Source: Candidatus Saccharimonadota bacterium (lineage in GTDB: Bacteria > Patescibacteriota > Patescibacteriia > 2-12-FULL-60-25). From it: a stretch of DNA of 32,000 nt. Shown here piece by piece: positions 15,535 to 23,625 of the stretch (position 1 is the stretch's first letter; the number at the start of each line of letters is the position of its first letter). The position numbers and the translations under genes were made by a program. The notes beneath the pieces are model-generated. The model saw only the letters and a list, made by a program, of their open reading frames with translations. It was not told where the DNA came from and searched no databases. The stretch is taken from the NCBI GenBank assembly GCA_022843095.1, contig JALHOH010000002.1, forward strand, positions 1-32,000. Reading direction: 5' to 3'.

Positions 15535-16158
15535 ATGGCGCCTCCAACGCTCAAACGAGATCAGATCCGATACCTACAAGTGCGTCCTGAAGCACGTGGG
15601 AGCGAGATTCGGGCCAATCCGCATAGCGAAGAGCCTGTGCGCCCCGCGATGGTATTGAGCGACTACAAACAACACGAACTCGAGTTGTTTGTGACCGCGT
15701 TCTCAACCAGTGCGGCAACGGGCCGAGCGAACTCTCGTGCGCTACTCGAGGAGTACGACACGCGACCGGCGCGCGTGCGAGGTCATATCGATGTCCAACA
15801 ATTGTGGACGTTCCCAACGTCACGGGATCGTTCGTACCATTCTACGCTACCAGTGGTGCGCAACGCGGACGTGGTTCGATCACGCGTGAAATCGTATCTT
15901 GCGAAGTCTCGACTGGCCGCTGGTAACGTGGTCTGGGTTGCGCTGCGCGCATCTGATAGGGCCCCCGTATTTCGGACACGCAACGTCACTTCTGCAGTAA
16001 CACGTTCAATTTCTTGGTTTTCTCCTTCTCTTTTTCCTAAGTACTTTCTTTTTCATGTCATGGAAGTCTCGTGGTGGCATCCTCAACGCGCTGTTTATTG
16101 CATAAGCGTCATCGATTACATCAGATCCTTGCTTTACTGTTTGTTTTTCATAGCATGA
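15535..16158 (+). CDS. doubtful hypothetical ORF (207 aa)
   Basis: Only an ORF-length argument supports it. No SD is present, and the C-terminal third runs into an AT-rich pyrimidine tract and looks non-coding. The true gene may be shorter (Met at 15649). Confidence 0.25.
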   Translation: MAPPTLKRDQIRYLQVRPEARGSEIRANPHSEEPVRPAMVLSDYKQHELELFVTAFSTSAATGRANSRALLEEYDTRPARVRGHIDVQQLWTFPTSRDRSYHSTLPVVRNADVVRSRVKSYLAKSRLAAGNVVWVALRASDRAPVFRTRNVTSAVTRSISWFSPSLFPKYFLFHVMEVSWWHPQRAVYCISVIDYIRSLLYCLFFIA

Positions 16159-16570
16159 ACATTTTTCCGATTCGCAGCGTATTAAAACGTATTGCGACAA
16201 CAATTTGCTTGACGATTCGGGTCTTGATGGTAAAAATGTAATCACCCTGACCATGTTCGCGAAAATGGCGTAATACCGCGTGATTGTTCGCGATTAATAG
16301 GGGAGCAGGGCCTTTGGGAAGGAGGTGTGTATATGTTGATCGGAGTGGATGGAGTGTTCGGCATCAGTGCAGACTGACTCCGGGCCCGCTGTCGCGTTCG
16401 TCGACACTTCTGTATCTCTACAATGCGCTCGCGCCCGTCATCTCGGTCTTGAGGTGCGGGTGCGTTTTAATTTGCGGGAATCAGGTATCTTCATCGAAAA
16501 GAGCCGTTTTTGTATAGCGCGTATCGTGAGCGTGGATGGGTGTGATCGCGATATGTATTTCCGGAATTTT

Positions 16571-16930
16571 CTACTCGGCGCAAGCGGCTGAAAGCTGTGA
16601 GCATCTCATTTGTTTATTGGAATAGTTACGTCTTACGGGAGATGCCTCAAACTGTTTGATGCTTGATATTGCGCGAATTTCAACAGTGCCGAGTCTTTTG
16701 CTCATTCCGGCGCAGCATTGCTGTTCCAGGCTTTGCGCATCGTTAAATTCGATCGTTCGGTGATTAGTTGCGCCAGTATTTGAGGTTTTTCCACGAATAT
16801 TTGATTTTGATGAATTTTGTTCAGTACGCGTTTGTCCGGATGAAGGGCTTATTAGTCTCCACTTGTTTGAAAAACGAGGTTCTGGATGATGACCGAGGTT
16901 ATCACCAGGCCCCCGAAGTGCATGCTTCAA
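16571..16930 (-). CDS. hypothetical low-complexity protein (119 aa) immediately downstream of the ATPase
   Basis: Starts 8 nt after the ATPase stop on the same strand and is the only long ORF in an AT-richer stretch. No recognisable motifs. Confidence 0.3.
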   Translation of the reverse strand: MKHALRGPGDNLGHHPEPRFSNKWRLISPSSGQTRTEQNSSKSNIRGKTSNTGATNHRTIEFNDAQSLEQQCCAGMSKRLGTVEIRAISSIKQFEASPVRRNYSNKQMRCSQLSAACAE

Positions 16931-16937
16931 CTACATT

Positions 16938-17705
16938 TTAGCCAAGCAGGTGCCGAAGATATGCCTCTGGATTTGCTGTAAAACTGCTCGTGATCTTGAA
17001 CGCCTCGGTCTCGCGGTACGTGGTGCGGCGGATCGTGTTGCCGTCGAAGGACAAGATGTCCGCGCCGGGGAGCGCGAGCAGGATGGGCGAGTGCGTCGCG
17101 ATGATGAACTGCGTGTCGCGCGCCCGAAGCGCACGGGCAAGCAGGACGAGAAACGCGAGCTGACGTTGGGGTGAGAGCGCCGCCTCAGGTTCATCGAGCA
17201 GATAGATCCCCGCGCGATCGAAGCGGGCCTCAGCGAGCGCGAGAAACGCCTCGCCGTGCGAGCGCTTGTGTAGCGAGGTTCCCCCATATGCGAGGAGGGT
17301 TCGTGCGTCGTCGCGTTGCAGCTCGTCGAGCTTCGTCGCGACGTTGTAGAAACTCTCGGCGCGGAGGAAGAACCCGGTGTTCAGCTTCTTTTTCCAAGAC
17401 AACCGAAGCGTCTCCGCGAGTCGTCCTGCAGGCGTTTCCTCGCCCACTCCGGACGACAGTCCATGAATGTTCTCGCTCCCACCCATGGCGTTGAAGCCAC
17501 ACGCTCGGGCGATGCCTTCGAGGAGCGTTGATTTGCCCGTGCCGTTCTCACCCACGAAGAACGTCAGGCGCGACCGCAGCTCGAGTGTGTCCAAGGTTGC
17601 GATTGTGGGGACCGTGAACGGGTAGCGATCGGGTACACGAATCCGCTCGCGAAGGATCGCGAGCGAGCGGAGCAATGGTGTGTCCTCGAGGTTCGTCTTG
17701 CGCAT
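16938..17705 (-). CDS. P-loop ATPase, COG3910-like (ABC/SMC-type AAA_21-like fold)
   Basis: Walker A is in FFVGENGTGKSTLLEGIA. It is followed by GFFLRAESFYN, SLHKRSHGEAFLAL, Walker B IYLLDEPEAALSP and the H-loop FIIATHSPILLALP. Size and motif order match the stand-alone ~250-aa predicted-ATPase family. Confidence 0.85.
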   Translation of the reverse strand: MRKTNLEDTPLLRSLAILRERIRVPDRYPFTVPTIATLDTLELRSRLTFFVGENGTGKSTLLEGIARACGFNAMGGSENIHGLSSGVGEETPAGRLAETLRLSWKKKLNTGFFLRAESFYNVATKLDELQRDDARTLLAYGGTSLHKRSHGEAFLALAEARFDRAGIYLLDEPEAALSPQRQLAFLVLLARALRARDTQFIIATHSPILLALPGADILSFDGNTIRRTTYRETEAFKITSSFTANPEAYLRHLLG

Positions 17706-17833
17706 AATAATTATTTGGGTTTAACCCCGAATCTTTTTTATGTATCCAGAATTCAGCTATTGCGCAATAAGTCACAGTATGCGATTCTAAATTTTAGGCG
17801 CAGATCGTATTCGCATTCCAAGGAGTACATCAA

Positions 17834-18025
17834 ATGTCGAATCGACCCCGGATTATCTTCCGACATAGTTCCTTGGTCAGTATGATGCAGCCAGCATCAG
17901 TGAAGGCGCCGAAATCCGCCGAGTCTTCTTCGGAAGGTTCGCTCACGGATTCAGGTGACGCGAAAGTCTCTCCGGATGCTCCCGCTTCAGCCGAGATCCC
18001 TTCTTCTGACTCGAAGGCGCGTTAA
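17834..18025 (+). CDS. small protein sORF-B (63 aa), paralog of 12321..12509
   Basis: AAGGAG sits 8 nt upstream of the ATG, the same spacing as sORF-A. N-terminus MSNRPRIIFRHSSLVSMMQP and C-terminus VSPDAPASAEIPSSDSKAR. Confidence 0.75.
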   Translation: MSNRPRIIFRHSSLVSMMQPASVKAPKSAESSSEGSLTDSGDAKVSPDAPASAEIPSSDSKAR

Positions 18026-18065
18026 CTTTATCTTAAGTCACAGCCTCGAGTTTTTTTGTTGAGGG
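18009..18065 (+). promoter_or_regulatory. conserved hairpin plus U-tract plus G-rich box after sORF-B (counterpart of 12499..12554)
   Basis: ACTCGA(A)GG (18009..18017) pairs with CCTCGAGT (18044..18051) with one bulge and a 26-nt loop. TTTTTTGTTGAGGG follows. The 23-nt core is 19/23 identical to module A. Confidence 0.5.
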
Positions 18066-18076
18066 TATTTCATAAA

Positions 18077-19174
18077 ATGTTGTATGTCGAGCATGGGGGG
18101 GCGGGGGAACGAAAGAATATTGATAGCCGAACAGTAATGTTAACATTGAGTCATGTGGAAACGGGATGGATAAATACGATCGCAATCGTGTTCTCTTTGA
18201 AACTCGGAAGACTCTCTGAACCCAAAGATCAGCGTGGAATACTGGATGCGTTGGCTGAGCTTCTTCGCCGGCAAGTTCCATCCGCGAAAGACCGGTCAGT
18301 CGTGAATGTCGGTTCGTTTTGGGACGTGGATGTCACCGATGATCGTTTCCGTATCATCGCCGTCGCGCGTGATCAAGACATTGATGCGCTCATTGGTCAG
18401 TTGCATGCGATAGACTCTGGGCAATTCCCTTCCGGAGTATTGGCTGGATCCCACGTCGCGACATCGGGACTTCAGTTGCGAGACGACTATGTACTGGTCA
18501 CGTCGCTCATTCGACGAGCGCTCTGGGGATACGTGTCCCAAGACACGATGGCTTTTTCGAGCGCTCAACTCGCGGAGTACTGGCGTCGCTTCAGTTCCTC
18601 GGCATCGAAAAGTCTCCTCCTCCTCGGATCACGGCAGAGTATCTCCAAGATCGAGCGCGGGTTTGGGGGTCGACAGCGGCTGACGGCTCATGGATCTCGC
18701 GTTTGGAGACCAATCGAGGCGTATACAATTGGCGGTTCGGGTTGGAATGGGTGGGGATTTCGAAGTACCGCCTGGCACCTTCTGACGGCGATGCTTGACG
18801 GAATCTATTACGAGCGTGCCGCGGCGCAGGGGATCCCATATGAGTTCATCGATTCGCGTGATTTCGTAGGATTTTTAGCGCGTGGTACGGCGCATTCGGT
18901 GTGTGACGGCTTGTTCTCCACGCCTCCGACTGAAAATGAGTTTAGGGTCGTCCAATCCTTTATAGTGAGCCGCTTCGCCGACCTCGTGTCCGGAAAATCG
19001 CGTTGCTCGCGGCTTGCTGGATTTGATGACTTTGATGGAGCGTCGTACGGACATCTGGGTGTTGATTCGATTGGCTCCGCTGAACGCTATTTTCGAGACG
19101 TTGGGCTCGATGAGCTGGTGCGTTTTTATGGTTTGGTAAGAGCGCTGCCGAGGACGTCATTGGTTCTTGGGTAA
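18077..19174 (+). CDS. hypothetical protein (365 aa from ATG 18077; ORF open from TTG 18056), no domain recognised
   Basis: Long ORF with protein-like composition directly after the sORF-B module. GAGGG lies 11 nt upstream of ATG 18077. No similarity to the CHAT protein is visible by eye. Confidence 0.65.
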   Translation: MLYVEHGGAGERKNIDSRTVMLTLSHVETGWINTIAIVFSLKLGRLSEPKDQRGILDALAELLRRQVPSAKDRSVVNVGSFWDVDVTDDRFRIIAVARDQDIDALIGQLHAIDSGQFPSGVLAGSHVATSGLQLRDDYVLVTSLIRRALWGYVSQDTMAFSSAQLAEYWRRFSSSASKSLLLLGSRQSISKIERGFGGRQRLTAHGSRVWRPIEAYTIGGSGWNGWGFRSTAWHLLTAMLDGIYYERAAAQGIPYEFIDSRDFVGFLARGTAHSVCDGLFSTPPTENEFRVVQSFIVSRFADLVSGKSRCSRLAGFDDFDGASYGHLGVDSIGSAERYFRDVGLDELVRFYGLVRALPRTSLVLG

Positions 19175-19265
19175 AAGGAATTCGGTTTTCTAGTGAATTT
19201 ACGTTGAGTGATTCCATTCTGGATATTTCTTGCTCATTTTGCCATCCCTCCGTACCATTCCTTCC

Positions 19266-20297
19266 ATGATCGATTCCCTTCGTGCGGAAGCGGCGGCGCA
19301 TCTTCGGGATGTGGTGACGCAGGCGCTTTGCTATGCCCCGCCGGCGGATGCGGTGCTTGTGTTTGATCGTCGCTCTGCACTTGCGTCGTTGCTCACGGAT
19401 GCGTACATCGACGCGGTGCCAGGCATCGAACAGGTGGATTTTGATGCGACGCCGGCGGATGCGGTGCTTGCGCGGTTTGAGACGTTGTCGCCGGGTGATT
19501 TGGTGATTCTTGTGCAAACAGAGAACTTTCGGCTGAACGAGTTTCGGTTGCGTATCGAACTGTTCAAGCGAGGGCTCAAGACCATCGAACATCATCACCT
19601 GATCCGCCAAACGCCGGAGCAGTATCAGACATTTGTGGATGCGCTTGCCTATGATGCCGCTTATTTTCGCAACACGGGCGCAGCGCTGCGGGATCGGCTG
19701 AAGGATGCCAAGTCTATTACCGTCGAAAGTCCGGCGGGTGTTTTGACCTTTGCGGGGCCATTCGAGGAACCTAAGTTGAATGTTGGGGATTACACGGGGA
19801 TGGAGAATGTGGGGGGTATGTATCCCATTGGTGAAGTGTTTACGGAATGCGTGGATCTCTCGCGTGCGCAGGGAGAGGTGACGCTGTTTGCCTTTGCGGA
19901 TCGGGAGTTCCAGGTGCAGATGCCGACACCTTTTTCAGTGACGATCCGCGAGGGTCTGTTGGAGGCAGGGGAGGATGCGCCCGCGGCGTTTCATGATTTG
20001 CTTGCGATGATCCGCGAAGCCGAGCCGGTGCGCGTGCGTGAGATCGGTTTTGGATTGAATCGCGCGATGCGGAAAGGGCGTTGGGTAAATGATATCGGGA
20101 CGTTTGAGCGCCAATGTGGCCTCCATCTTTCGCTGGGGGAAAAACATGCGGTATACAAAAAACCGGGGTTGAATCCAAAAAATACGCGGTATCATGTGGA
20201 TGTATTTGTGGATGTGACGCGGATGTTGATTGACGACGAAGTGGTGTACCAAGACGGGCGCTACACAGTGCCGGCGGCGGCGCGCACGGGGGCGTAG
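19266..20297 (+). CDS. M29 (aminopeptidase T/S)-like metallopeptidase family protein
   Basis: The pattern GGMYPIGEVFTE...REIGFGLNRAM...ERQCGLHLSLGEKH...RYHVDVFVD...DGRY resembles the conserved PxGExFT / EIGxGxN / E.x.G.HxAxG / HxD blocks of the M29 family. Recognition is by eye only. Confidence 0.55.
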   Translation: MIDSLRAEAAAHLRDVVTQALCYAPPADAVLVFDRRSALASLLTDAYIDAVPGIEQVDFDATPADAVLARFETLSPGDLVILVQTENFRLNEFRLRIELFKRGLKTIEHHHLIRQTPEQYQTFVDALAYDAAYFRNTGAALRDRLKDAKSITVESPAGVLTFAGPFEEPKLNVGDYTGMENVGGMYPIGEVFTECVDLSRAQGEVTLFAFADREFQVQMPTPFSVTIREGLLEAGEDAPAAFHDLLAMIREAEPVRVREIGFGLNRAMRKGRWVNDIGTFERQCGLHLSLGEKHAVYKKPGLNPKNTRYHVDVFVDVTRMLIDDEVVYQDGRYTVPAAARTGA

Positions 20298-20887
20298 CTC
20301 ATCCGATGGGCGGGGGAGGGCCCAAGGCGAGCAAGCGCTTCTTGATGCGCTTTGGTGCCATAGCCTTTGTGGAGAGCGAATCCATAGCCAGGAAACGCGG
20401 CATCCAGTTCGACGCAGAGTGCATCACGATGTGTTTTTGCCAGGATGGACGCGGCAGCGATGGATTTGACCCGCGCATCGCCTTTGATCAGGTTTTTGCA
20501 GGGCATCGAAAGTCCTTCCACGAAAAACGCGTCGGTGAGGACATAGTCGGGAGGGATGGCGAGTCCTTCGATGGCACGTCGCATGGCGAGGGCGCCGGCG
20601 CGACGGATATTGAGCGCGTCGATTTCTTGTACGCTTGCCTCGCCGATTGCCCAGGCGATGGCGATGGATTTGATGACCTCCGCGACCGCGATGCGCCGTT
20701 CGGCGGAAAGTTGTTTGGAATCCCGCATCCATTTGTTGCGGACGCGTTCCGGAAGGATGACGGCCGCGGCAACCACTGGCCCCGCGAGACAGCCGCACCC
20801 CGCTTCATCGACGCCGGCCACGCGCGCAAAGCCTGCACGCGCAAGGGCGCGTTCTTCGTGTTGGGTTGTGCGTGCGACGGGGGACAT
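20261..20887 (-). CDS. rnhB: ribonuclease HII
   Basis: Signature VAGVDEAGCGCLAGPVVAAAVIL...RDSKQLSAERR...ASILAKTHRD...GYGFALHKGYGT is typical of RNase HII. Confidence 0.9.
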   Translation of the reverse strand: MSPVARTTQHEERALARAGFARVAGVDEAGCGCLAGPVVAAAVILPERVRNKWMRDSKQLSAERRIAVAEVIKSIAIAWAIGEASVQEIDALNIRRAGALAMRRAIEGLAIPPDYVLTDAFFVEGLSMPCKNLIKGDARVKSIAAASILAKTHRDALCVELDAAFPGYGFALHKGYGTKAHQEALARLGPSPAHRMSYAPVRAAAGTV

Positions 20888-20962
20888 GGGTCGAAGTGTA
20901 CGGAACGGGAAGAGGATTTGCCACCCATATGGGCTTTTCGGTATGCTAAGAAGTACCGACCT

Positions 20963-21460
20963 ATGTCATTCAAGATTGTGCGTATTTCTACGGGAATCTT
21001 GCTGTCCTTGGCGATTGCGGGCGGGTTGCTTCCAGCATCGAACGCCTATGCGCTCGATTTGTATAATCCTCGCATTCGTTACAAGGACGAGAAAATGGTC
21101 ATCGAAAACCCGGCTTCCAAGTGTAATACCAAGGCAACGCGCGCGCGGCATGTGGCCGTGCTTGCGCTTGCGGAGAAGGATGGAGAAAAATACGGGCTGA
21201 ATGCGTCTTCAACGGGGGATTTGGCGGATGCATATGCGCGGTATTTGATGGGTCTGGATATCGTGTGGGACGCCATGAATGAAGAATATTGCGGATACGG
21301 AGCCTTTGGGTTGAAGGCAGCGGTAAAATCGTACGAAAAAAGCGTCACGCGATTGCGCCAGCGTTTTTTGACGGCGGCAAAAGAATTGAATGCGGTCCCG
21401 GTTGCCAAGGAATTCCCACTCAAAGCGGTAACCACGGGAACGACGGCGATCGTCAAATAA
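20963..21460 (+). CDS. secreted hypothetical protein (165 aa)
   Basis: Signal peptide MSFKIVRISTGILLSLAIAGGLLPASNAYA. The 5' part of ORF 20306..21460 is antisense to rnhB and is rejected. Confidence 0.6.
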   Translation: MSFKIVRISTGILLSLAIAGGLLPASNAYALDLYNPRIRYKDEKMVIENPASKCNTKATRARHVAVLALAEKDGEKYGLNASSTGDLADAYARYLMGLDIVWDAMNEEYCGYGAFGLKAAVKSYEKSVTRLRQRFLTAAKELNAVPVAKEFPLKAVTTGTTAIVK

Positions 21461-21464
21461 GTGT

Positions 21465-21863
21465 ATGCGTCTCCTAGGCGTGGATTACGGCCGGGCGCGC
21501 ATCGGCCTCGCGCTTGGGGATACGGACACCGGTCTTGCCGGTGTCTTTGCGGTTCTGGATGCGCACGGGACGGCGGAGGAGCGTGTGACGCGTGTGGCGG
21601 ATGTAGCGACGCGCGAGGGGATTGCAACGCTTGTCGTCGGGGTTCCACGTCCGTTGGGGAGTATGGACGGCGCCTCTGCGCAGACGGAAGAGGTGCTTGG
21701 ATTCATCGCCGCACTTCGCGCCCGAGGATTTGAGGTGTACGAAGAAAATGAAATGCTCTCCAGTCAGCTCGCGGCGCGGCAGGTGCAGGATCGTGGGCAA
21801 AAAGGGAAGCGCGATGATCTTGCGGCAGCGGCGATTTTGCAGACGTGGCTGGATCGGCGGTAA
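21465..21863 (+). CDS. ruvX: Holliday junction resolvase-like / pre-16S rRNA nuclease YqgF
   Basis: N-terminus MRLLGVDYGRARIGLALGD, followed by LVVGVPRPLGSMDGASAQ and a C-terminal DDLAAAAILQTWLD. These are canonical YqgF/RuvX blocks. Confidence 0.88.
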   Translation: MRLLGVDYGRARIGLALGDTDTGLAGVFAVLDAHGTAEERVTRVADVATREGIATLVVGVPRPLGSMDGASAQTEEVLGFIAALRARGFEVYEENEMLSSQLAARQVQDRGQKGKRDDLAAAAILQTWLDRR

Positions 21864-21901
21864 CCGTTGCCAAATGCGCGTCCATCGCAAACACTTTGGA
21901 C

Positions 21902-22570
21902 ATGGCATACGTGCGTGATCGGGCCATCATCCTAAAAACCACTCCGTTTCGGGAGGAGGACGCGTGGATCGTTGCCTATGGCCACACGCAGGGAAAAATG
22001 GAAGCGATTGCGCGTGGGGTGCGTCGGTTGTCGGCAAAGCACGTGGGACATTTGCAGCCGTTTGCCGAAGTGGAGCTCATGATCGCGAAAGGGGCGGAGT
22101 ACGACAAGGTGGCGGTGGCGCGCATGGTGCATCCACGGCCGGCGATTCGGCAGTCGCTTTCGGCGATGGGGACGCTGGGGGCGTCCGTGAGTTTGATTGA
22201 ACGGTTGACGAAGCCGGGTGTGGCAGATGACCGAATTTTTTCCCTGTGTCGACAATTGGCGGATGCGCTTGTGGCGTGTGGAACGGAATTCACGGTCTCG
22301 CGCGCGCGATTGCTTCATGCGGGTTTTGCGTTGCAATGTTTGGATGCGCTTGGATTTGCGCCGGAGCTGGATCGGCTGCCGGAGGTATCGGGAGAGGCGG
22401 TCCGCGTCCTGACTTTTTTACGCGAACGCTCATTTCCAGAGGTGTTGCGATTGACCTTGGATCGGTCGGTGTTGTTGCAAGCAACGGAGGCGATTGAACG
22501 TCATGCGCTGGCAGCGGCGCTCGAAAAGGAGCCGCCTGGTTCTCGCTCGCTTTTGGGGTTGCTTTCTTGA
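21902..22570 (+). CDS. recO: DNA repair protein RecO
   Basis: N-terminal OB-fold pattern RAIILKTTPFREEDAWIVAYGHTQGKMEAIARGVRRLSAKHVGHLQPFAEVELMI, with length about 222 aa. Confidence 0.82.
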   Translation: MAYVRDRAIILKTTPFREEDAWIVAYGHTQGKMEAIARGVRRLSAKHVGHLQPFAEVELMIAKGAEYDKVAVARMVHPRPAIRQSLSAMGTLGASVSLIERLTKPGVADDRIFSLCRQLADALVACGTEFTVSRARLLHAGFALQCLDALGFAPELDRLPEVSGEAVRVLTFLRERSFPEVLRLTLDRSVLLQATEAIERHALAAALEKEPPGSRSLLGLLS

Positions 22571-22657
22571 TTTTGACCGCATGCGGACCCCGTGGTCTCA
22601 TGTGCGTGGCCCTGCTTAGGGCAAGCGGGATGTCCGCATCCTGCGGAGGAGTGGTGC

Positions 22658-23536
22658 ATGAAGGTTCCTGTCTATCATGGTCCAGATGGAGTCGTCGTGG
22701 TCGTGCGGTGGCGTGGAGAGGATGCTCCGCGGTTTATCCGAGGGTTGCGCGAGGTGATCGAAGCGCGCGAGTCTGCTCTGGATGAGGCGCCGAAGAAGCC
22801 GAAAAAGGCGCATACGGTGCCGCCGGCGACGACGGCCGAAGCGGTCGCGCGGGAAGAGGTCGGGATCGTCATCCCGAACACGGTGCCGCCCCCGGCTCCG
22901 CCTTCCGTGCATCCGCCGCGTTTGAACGTGCACCCCGCGATTCCGGATCTGTCCGATCCGTACGCGTTCGAGGTGCTTCTCGACAAGGTGCCGCAGATCG
23001 TGGATCCGACGGAGGTGGTGCCGCCGGTGCCTGTGCGCGCTCGGCGTCGTGCGCCGGTCCGCCGGACGTATCCGGATCGCGATAAGATGTTGAGAGTTCG
23101 GTGGCCGCTTCTGGTCGAAGGTCGCGTCCTCGCGGATTTCATGCGCTACAAGACGGACAATCGTTCCGGGTACAGTCAGCACATGCGCAAGGAGGCGAAA
23201 GCGCTGCTTGCGCGAGAGAAGCACCGGAAGTACAAGGGGATCAATCGGTTGGTCCGCGACGAGGTGCGCGACGGACTCGTGCGCGAGATCAACAACGACT
23301 GGCTGACCCATCCGTTGGCCTTTTGGAAGGATGAGCCGACGCCGAAGGGGTATCTCATCCGCGTCGTGCCGTGTCCGAACCAGCATCGTTTCCTGTTCTT
23401 TCTGCTGGATTTCGCGAACCGAGTGATCGTCGGGGTACATACGCCGGGATCGCTGAATCGGTCGCGAGAGGGTCGTGGAGCACGACGCCGCGAGTACCTG
23501 AACGACCCCGGCTGCCGCCGTCGGTCGCGTCGCTAG
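22658..23536 (+). CDS. hypothetical protein with a Pro-rich central region
   Basis: GGAGGAG lies 7 nt upstream of ATG 22658. The gene is followed by a terminator. The opposite-strand ORF 22616..23566 is an Arg/His-rich shadow. Confidence 0.55.
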   Translation: MKVPVYHGPDGVVVVVRWRGEDAPRFIRGLREVIEARESALDEAPKKPKKAHTVPPATTAEAVAREEVGIVIPNTVPPPAPPSVHPPRLNVHPAIPDLSDPYAFEVLLDKVPQIVDPTEVVPPVPVRARRRAPVRRTYPDRDKMLRVRWPLLVEGRVLADFMRYKTDNRSGYSQHMRKEAKALLAREKHRKYKGINRLVRDEVRDGLVREINNDWLTHPLAFWKDEPTPKGYLIRVVPCPNQHRFLFFLLDFANRVIVGVHTPGSLNRSREGRGARRREYLNDPGCRRRSRR

Positions 23537-23554
23537 ACACCCGTGACTCCGGGT

Positions 23555-23583
23555 CACGCATTCCATCAGGGTGCGTGTTTTTT
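23555..23583 (+). terminator. rho-independent terminator (CACGCA-loop-TGCGTG plus T7)
   Basis: Read directly downstream of the stop at 23536. Confidence 0.6.
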
Positions 23584-23625
23584 GTTGACCCTTTTCGGCA
23601 TTCGCCGCATCATACCCCCATTCGT

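Noticed and set aside
16333-16377. 14-codon mini-ORF (MLIGVDGVFGISAD) preceded by a very strong GGAAGGAGGTG SD
   Set aside because: The SD is striking, but the ORF is too short and has no second copy or conservation to support it. It is left as an unexplained signal in the 16160-16570 intergenic stretch.
12321-18025. sORFs as Pup/UBact-like modifiers or RiPP precursors
   Set aside because: The C-termini (SDSK, SDSKAR) lack the GGQ/GGE-type ends of Pup-like tags. The cores lack the Cys/Ser/Thr patterns of RiPPs and no maturase is adjacent. The ideas are kept only as remote alternatives.
11560-19265. tRNA, tmRNA or att-site boundaries for the low-GC block
   Set aside because: A scan for T-arm-like GGTTCGAATCC-type motifs and for direct repeats at the two junctions found nothing convincing. 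A dedicated tRNAscan or Infernal run is still needed.
20306-20962. 5' two-thirds of ORF 20306..21460
   Set aside because: Antisense to the clearly recognisable rnhB. Only the part from ATG 20963 (signal peptide) is retained.
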